In this document: positions 59,602-64,000 of the stretch, piece by piece
Layout: each line of letters begins with the position of its first letter
How positions within the stretch are numbered: position 1 is the first letter of the stretch
The notes under the pieces: model-generated
What the model saw: only the letters and a program-made list of their open reading frames with translations
What the model was told of the DNA's origin: nothing
Database searches by the model: none
Source: a bacterium
GTDB lineage: Bacteria; UBA8248; JACPRG01; G963555815
Reading direction: 5' to 3'
DNA length: 64,000 bases
NCBI GenBank assembly: GCA_965218795.1
Contig: OZ244653.1
Span: 1,664,001 to 1,728,000 of the forward strand
Made by a program: the position numbers and the translations under genes

Positions 59602-60924
59602 TCATGGTTTCGTGCCGACCGCGCAATGATGAGGCAGAGAAAAGAAGAAAGCGCCTTCGGCCACAGAATCCGAAACGGCCTTGCCCCAGCTCTTCGCCTC
59701 GGCCCCGCCAAGGTGCGGCAGGATCCGCTGACGCAGAATCTCGACCCAGTAGTCGCCCTGAAATTCGGCCAGCTGCGGGTACAGCTTCAACTGCTTGAGG
59801 CCGGATTCCCGAAATCTCCTGTAGAGTCCGGCATCCGCGCAGCCGTTTTCTTCGGCCGGCCCCCGGATCGATTCAATTTTCGCCTTGAGATCCCGCGGCA
59901 TGTCCACATTTCCCCACCAGGGCATATCATTGGCCCTGACGATGACGGCAACTCTCCCTCCGGGTTTCGTCACCCGGATCAACTCTGCCAGCATCCGGTC
60001 GGCATCCAGCTCCTCCATGACCGTGCACGAGTAGGTGACGTCAAAATCTCCATCGGGAAAACCCAAATCGCTCGCATTGCCGTGACGAAAACCGATGACC
60101 TCATCAAGACGCTCTTTTCGGACGATGGATTCCGCCTCCCGAAGCAGGTATCCGTTGATATCCACGGCCGTGATGGGGTTCCTTCCCTCCGTCCTTCGGG
60201 CCGCCCAGCGATCGAGCACTCCGGAGCCGCACCCGACATCGAGAATCCTCTCTCCCGGCCGCAGGCTGATTTCATCGAACAGATTTCGGACCATTCCGAT
60301 GAATCCCGGCGCGGAACCTCTCGCCTCGAGGAGAGCGACGAACCCCAGGTGGGGGCCGCCGAGCGTGATGGTGCAAAAGTCCCGGGAGAGCATCGGGATC
60401 AGCGGCTCCCACTGGGAAGGCGCGAGGGTCAACGGCATGAGCAGGAGAGGCGGACCTGACCCCTGAACCCTGTAAGAGATCCCCGCGTGTTCACCCTCTC
60501 CGTTCGGATGAGAGGCCGCGGCGGTCTCGTCGCCGGATTCGAGTCCCGCGAGAAACCCGGGCATCTCGTTCTGAATTGAAGCGAGCTGATCGCGAACGAC
60601 GTCCGCCCAGGCCGGGCCGAAGTAACCCTCGTGGACGGCGAGCCTGGCATCCGGCATCGCGGCCGCTTCCCGCAGGACCTTTTCCTCGAAGGCTCCCTGG
60701 TCGCCCGTCAATATGAGGAGGCGCGAGCCGAACGGTTTCAAGACCTCGACGTCGACGCTTGGCGGGGAAACCAACGTCAATGATGCGACCCGCTCCGGAT
60801 ACGCCCTCGCCAGACCTCCCCAATCCTGAGCCGATCGAGCCGCAAGGTGCGCCCGATTCACTCCAAGATGGTCGAGAAGCTGGACGAGGCGCCCGGCCAA
60901 GGCGCCGCTGGTTTCCGCGGCCAT
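59602..60924 (-). CDS. Class I SAM methyltransferase with alpha/beta-hydrolase-like N-terminal segments
   Basis: ILDVGCGSG, FPDGDFD, RVTKPGG; N-terminal LDHLGVNRAH and GSGPPLLL. Confidence 0.75.
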   Translation of the reverse strand: MAAETSGALAGRLVQLLDHLGVNRAHLAARSAQDWGGLARAYPERVASLTLVSPPSVDVEVLKPFGSRLLILTGDQGAFEEKVLREAAAMPDARLAVHEGYFGPAWADVVRDQLASIQNEMPGFLAGLESGDETAAASHPNGEGEHAGISYRVQGSGPPLLLMPLTLAPSQWEPLIPMLSRDFCTITLGGPHLGFVALLEARGSAPGFIGMVRNLFDEISLRPGERILDVGCGSGVLDRWAARRTEGRNPITAVDINGYLLREAESIVRKERLDEVIGFRHGNASDLGFPDGDFDVTYSCTVMEELDADRMLAELIRVTKPGGRVAVIVRANDMPWWGNVDMPRDLKAKIESIRGPAEENGCADAGLYRRFRESGLKQLKLYPQLAEFQGDYWVEILRQRILPHLGGAEAKSWGKAVSDSVAEGAFFFSLPHHCAVGTKP

Positions 60925-61214
60925 TGAATTCTCCCGCGATCAACAAACGGAACGCCCGCCATTCCCGCATGAAGACATCTGAACGCGATGGACTGAACCG
61001 CGAGAGCGGACGCGAAGAGGCTCGCACACCATTTCCGGGAGACCGACGGGACGATTCCAACCCGTCTCAGTCTAGCACGGCCGAGCCGGCTCACCGTTCT
61101 GCCATGCCCTGCTTCCGCCGGCGGTCTTTGCTGTTGTTCAACCATCAAGTCGCTGTCATAATTTCACACGCGCGGAACTTTTCGTTCTTCAATCAGTCCA
61201 CCCGAACCGAGAGC

Positions 61215-63602
61215 ATGGCCATGGCAGCGGAATTTCAACTCAATCCCCGGTGGTTTGGGGCCAAGGTCCCAAGAGTGGAAGATGATCGGCTCCTCAAAGG
61301 GAGAGGCCGATACGTGGATGACCTTCCCTCCGAGGGGGCGCTTCACGCAGCCTTTCTCCGTTCCCCCTACGCGCATGCAGGGATCCTGTCCATTGATGTC
61401 TCGGGCGCCGTCCAGGCCGGGGCTGCCGCGGCTTATACAGCGGAAGACCTGGGCGCTGCCTGCAAAGAGTTTCCCCAGCCCGTTCCCATCCCCGCACTCC
61501 GGGCGCACAGCATCCTTCCGCTGGCGAAGGGCGTCGCCCGTTACGTCGGTGAGCCGGTGGCCGTCGTTCTGGCTGAGAGCCGCGCTTTGGCCGAAGATGC
61601 GTTGGAGGGGATCCGGGTCGATTTCGAGATCCTCGAGGCCTTGGCTCACCCCGTAGACGCGCTCGAGGACGGCGCGCCTCGGGTCCACGAGGATGTCGAG
61701 AACAATATCGCCATCACCGTCAAGTCAGGGTTTGGAAACGTCGAAGAAGCGCTTGCGAATTCACCCCGCCGCGAGACTCTTCGCCTGACGGTTCAACGGG
61801 CGGGCGGCGAGGCCATGGAGACGCGCGGGTATCTCGTCTCGTACAACGAAGCATTTGACGAGCTGAAGATTTATTCCTCCACCCAGGTGCCCCATCAGGT
61901 TCGCCGGAACATCGGATACGTGCTCGACCGCCCGGAGGCGTCCATCGACATCATTGCGCCGGACGTGGGGGGCGGTTTCGGACCCAAGGCCTTCTCCTAC
62001 TCGGAAGACTTCGTCCTGCCGTGGGCTGCGATGCGGTCGGGGCGTCCGATCAAGTGGATCGAGGATCGCATCGAGCACATCCAGACCACCTATCAGGAAC
62101 GGGAACAAGTCCACACCGTGGACGTCGGTTTCGATGAGGAGGGTCGAATTCTCGCGTTGCGCGATCGCGGTATCTGTGACACGGGCGCGTACCTTCCCTT
62201 CAGCGCCATCGTGCCGCTCCTGTCCATCACGAATATCCCCGGTCCCTACAAGATTGGCAGCTTCGAATCCAGGATGGACGTCGTCTATACCCACCGCGTC
62301 CCCATTACGCCCGTGCGGGGCGCGGGGCGGCCCCAGTCATGCTTCATTATGGAGCGGGTGATCGAGAGGGTGGCGACACGTCTGGGGATGGATTCCGTCG
62401 AGGTTCGGCGGCAAAATCTCATCCAGCCGGACGAGTTTCCATACGAGGTCGGCATCCGGGCGCGTGACGGGACCATGATGACCTACGACAGCGGTGACTA
62501 TCCCGGCCTCATGGGCATGGCCCTGGAAGGCGCCGGGTATGAAGCATTCAGACGGGGGGACCGCCCTCCCCATGAGCGCAATGACCCGGAAACAGGGCGA
62601 TACGTCGGGATGGGGGTGAGCTTCAACATCGAAGGAACCGGCTTCGGACCCTATGAAGGGGCCGTGGTCCGGGTCGATCACTCGGGTCAGGTCTTCCTCT
62701 ATACAGGAGCGACACCGACGGGACAGGGACACGAAACCATCCTCGGCCAGGTGCTGGCCGCAACCCTGAACGTCGATCTCGATAAGATCAAGGTCGTCGC
62801 CGGTGACACCCGTCATATTCCTTATGGATTCGGAACGTTCGCCAGCCGAATCGCAGTGATGGCCTCGAATTCCGTGGCCGCGGCCGGAGACAAAATGCGG
62901 AAAAAGATCGCCGAGGTCGCCGCCGCCAAACTGGAGTGTTCTCCCGAAGATCTGAAAGTGGACGGAGGGAAGGCTTTTGTGAAGGGAAGCCCGGATCAAT
63001 CGCTGACGTTCGCTGAAGTGGCCAGGATTTCGGCGGGCACGCCGGGGATCATGATGGCCGGGCAGTCCCCCGGCCTGGAGGTCAGAGAGTACAATACCCC
63101 CAGCCACCCGGCGACTGCGGCGGGGTGTCATATTTGCGTCGCTGAGGTTGATACCCACACGGGTTTCGTCAAGGTCCTGCGTTATGTCGTCGCCCACGAC
63201 TGCGGCGTCGTCCTGAATCCCACGATCCTGACCGGTCAGGTTCACGGCGCCGTTGCCCATGGAATCGGAGAGGTCATCATCGAAGAGGTGGTCTTTGACG
63301 AGAACGCGACGCCGCAGGCCTCGACCTTCCTGGATTATCTGCTTCCGCTCTCAACGGATATCCCCGACCTCGAGATCCTTCACTTGGAGACGCCCTCTCC
63401 TTTCAATCGGCTGGGCGTCAAAGGAGCCGGCGAGAGCGGAACCATTGCGGCCCCGGCCGCCGTGGTCGCCGCCATCGAGGACGCCCTGAAACCGCTCGGC
63501 ATCGAGATCAATGAAACACCATTGACGCCTTATCGGCTCTGGCAAATCCTCCGGACCCGGAAGAGTCCGCTGGACGACCGCGGGGTGAACGGAGGGTCTT
63601 GA
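61215..63602 (+). CDS. Xanthine dehydrogenase family molybdopterin-binding subunit (CoxL/CutL-like)
   Basis: RVEDDRLLKGRGRYVDD, DVGGGFG, PVRGAGRP, GQGHET, GVKGAGE. Confidence 0.9.
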   Translation: MAMAAEFQLNPRWFGAKVPRVEDDRLLKGRGRYVDDLPSEGALHAAFLRSPYAHAGILSIDVSGAVQAGAAAAYTAEDLGAACKEFPQPVPIPALRAHSILPLAKGVARYVGEPVAVVLAESRALAEDALEGIRVDFEILEALAHPVDALEDGAPRVHEDVENNIAITVKSGFGNVEEALANSPRRETLRLTVQRAGGEAMETRGYLVSYNEAFDELKIYSSTQVPHQVRRNIGYVLDRPEASIDIIAPDVGGGFGPKAFSYSEDFVLPWAAMRSGRPIKWIEDRIEHIQTTYQEREQVHTVDVGFDEEGRILALRDRGICDTGAYLPFSAIVPLLSITNIPGPYKIGSFESRMDVVYTHRVPITPVRGAGRPQSCFIMERVIERVATRLGMDSVEVRRQNLIQPDEFPYEVGIRARDGTMMTYDSGDYPGLMGMALEGAGYEAFRRGDRPPHERNDPETGRYVGMGVSFNIEGTGFGPYEGAVVRVDHSGQVFLYTGATPTGQGHETILGQVLAATLNVDLDKIKVVAGDTRHIPYGFGTFASRIAVMASNSVAAAGDKMRKKIAEVAAAKLECSPEDLKVDGGKAFVKGSPDQSLTFAEVARISAGTPGIMMAGQSPGLEVREYNTPSHPATAAGCHICVAEVDTHTGFVKVLRYVVAHDCGVVLNPTILTGQVHGAVAHGIGEVIIEEVVFDENATPQASTFLDYLLPLSTDIPDLEILHLETPSPFNRLGVKGAGESGTIAAPAAVVAAIEDALKPLGIEINETPLTPYRLWQILRTRKSPLDDRGVNGGS

Positions 63603-63751
63603 GGCCCGGCATGGATCCGGTCCATTTCCGGTCCGGCCGAGGTCTGTCATGATTTGATCGTTCAATCCCGGCAGAGCCGGTCGAGTCCGGGCAAAAGGTC
63701 CTTCACGCCGATCCCCACCGGCAATCCCCCCGAGCAAGAACGGGAGAAAGG

Positions 63752-64000
63752 ATGACGCACGTTTCCAAGGCCGCAGCCTCTCCTGGGTCGATGAAGCCAT
63801 CGAGGCCCGCTCCGCCGAGCTCGCCGAGCTCACCTCGAAGCTGGTTCAAATTCCGAGTGAAAATCCCCCCGGGGACACGCGGGAGGTCTGCGATTTTTGC
63901 GAGGACTGGCTGAAGGAGCGCGGGATCACAGTCCGCCGGACGGCTGTCGATCCGCATATGCCCAACCTGATCGCCGTTATCCCGGGAAAAAGGAAGGGGG
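63752..64000 (+). CDS. M20 (ArgE/DapE) peptidase, partial; possible frameshift just after the ATG
   Basis: LTSKLVQIPSENPPG..PNLIA in the frame starting ~63778; the SD-preceded ATG at 63752 is out of that frame. Confidence 0.65.

Noticed and set aside
61215-63602. True aerobic CO dehydrogenase (form I CoxL)
   Set aside because: The active-site loop is PVRGAGR, not AYxCSFR, and coxM/coxS are not adjacent
1-64000. tRNA, rRNA or tmRNA genes and a prophage att site
   Set aside because: None recognisable by eye; a tRNAscan/Infernal run would be needed to exclude them

Overview
GC-rich bacterial window. Positions ~1.9-28.0 kb hold one minus-strand, siphovirus-type virion operon: terS, terL, portal, protease-capsid fusion, connectors, tail tube, frameshifted tail chaperones, tape measure, tail tip and fibre. 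No integrase, replication gene or recognisable endolysin is adjacent. The most unusual feature is a modular family of two-hairpin repeats (about 40 core copies counted by eye, at 10 loci). They sit at gene junctions of this operon, show compensatory base changes, supply ribosome-binding sites and sometimes C-termini, and form two different 130-bp tandem arrays. I found none in the remaining 38 kb. Upstream of the tape measure gene is a low-GC array of tape-measure N-terminal stubs alternating with paralogous membrane proteins. The rest of the window holds IS debris, a convergent MTase/endonuclease pair, metabolic genes, a detached phage-type repressor/SSB/regulator module (42.4-45.1 kb), a type III R-M locus interleaved with HigBA modules and an amber-interrupted AbiJ-like gene, and housekeeping enzymes. 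All calls come from reading motifs by eye; no database searches were run.
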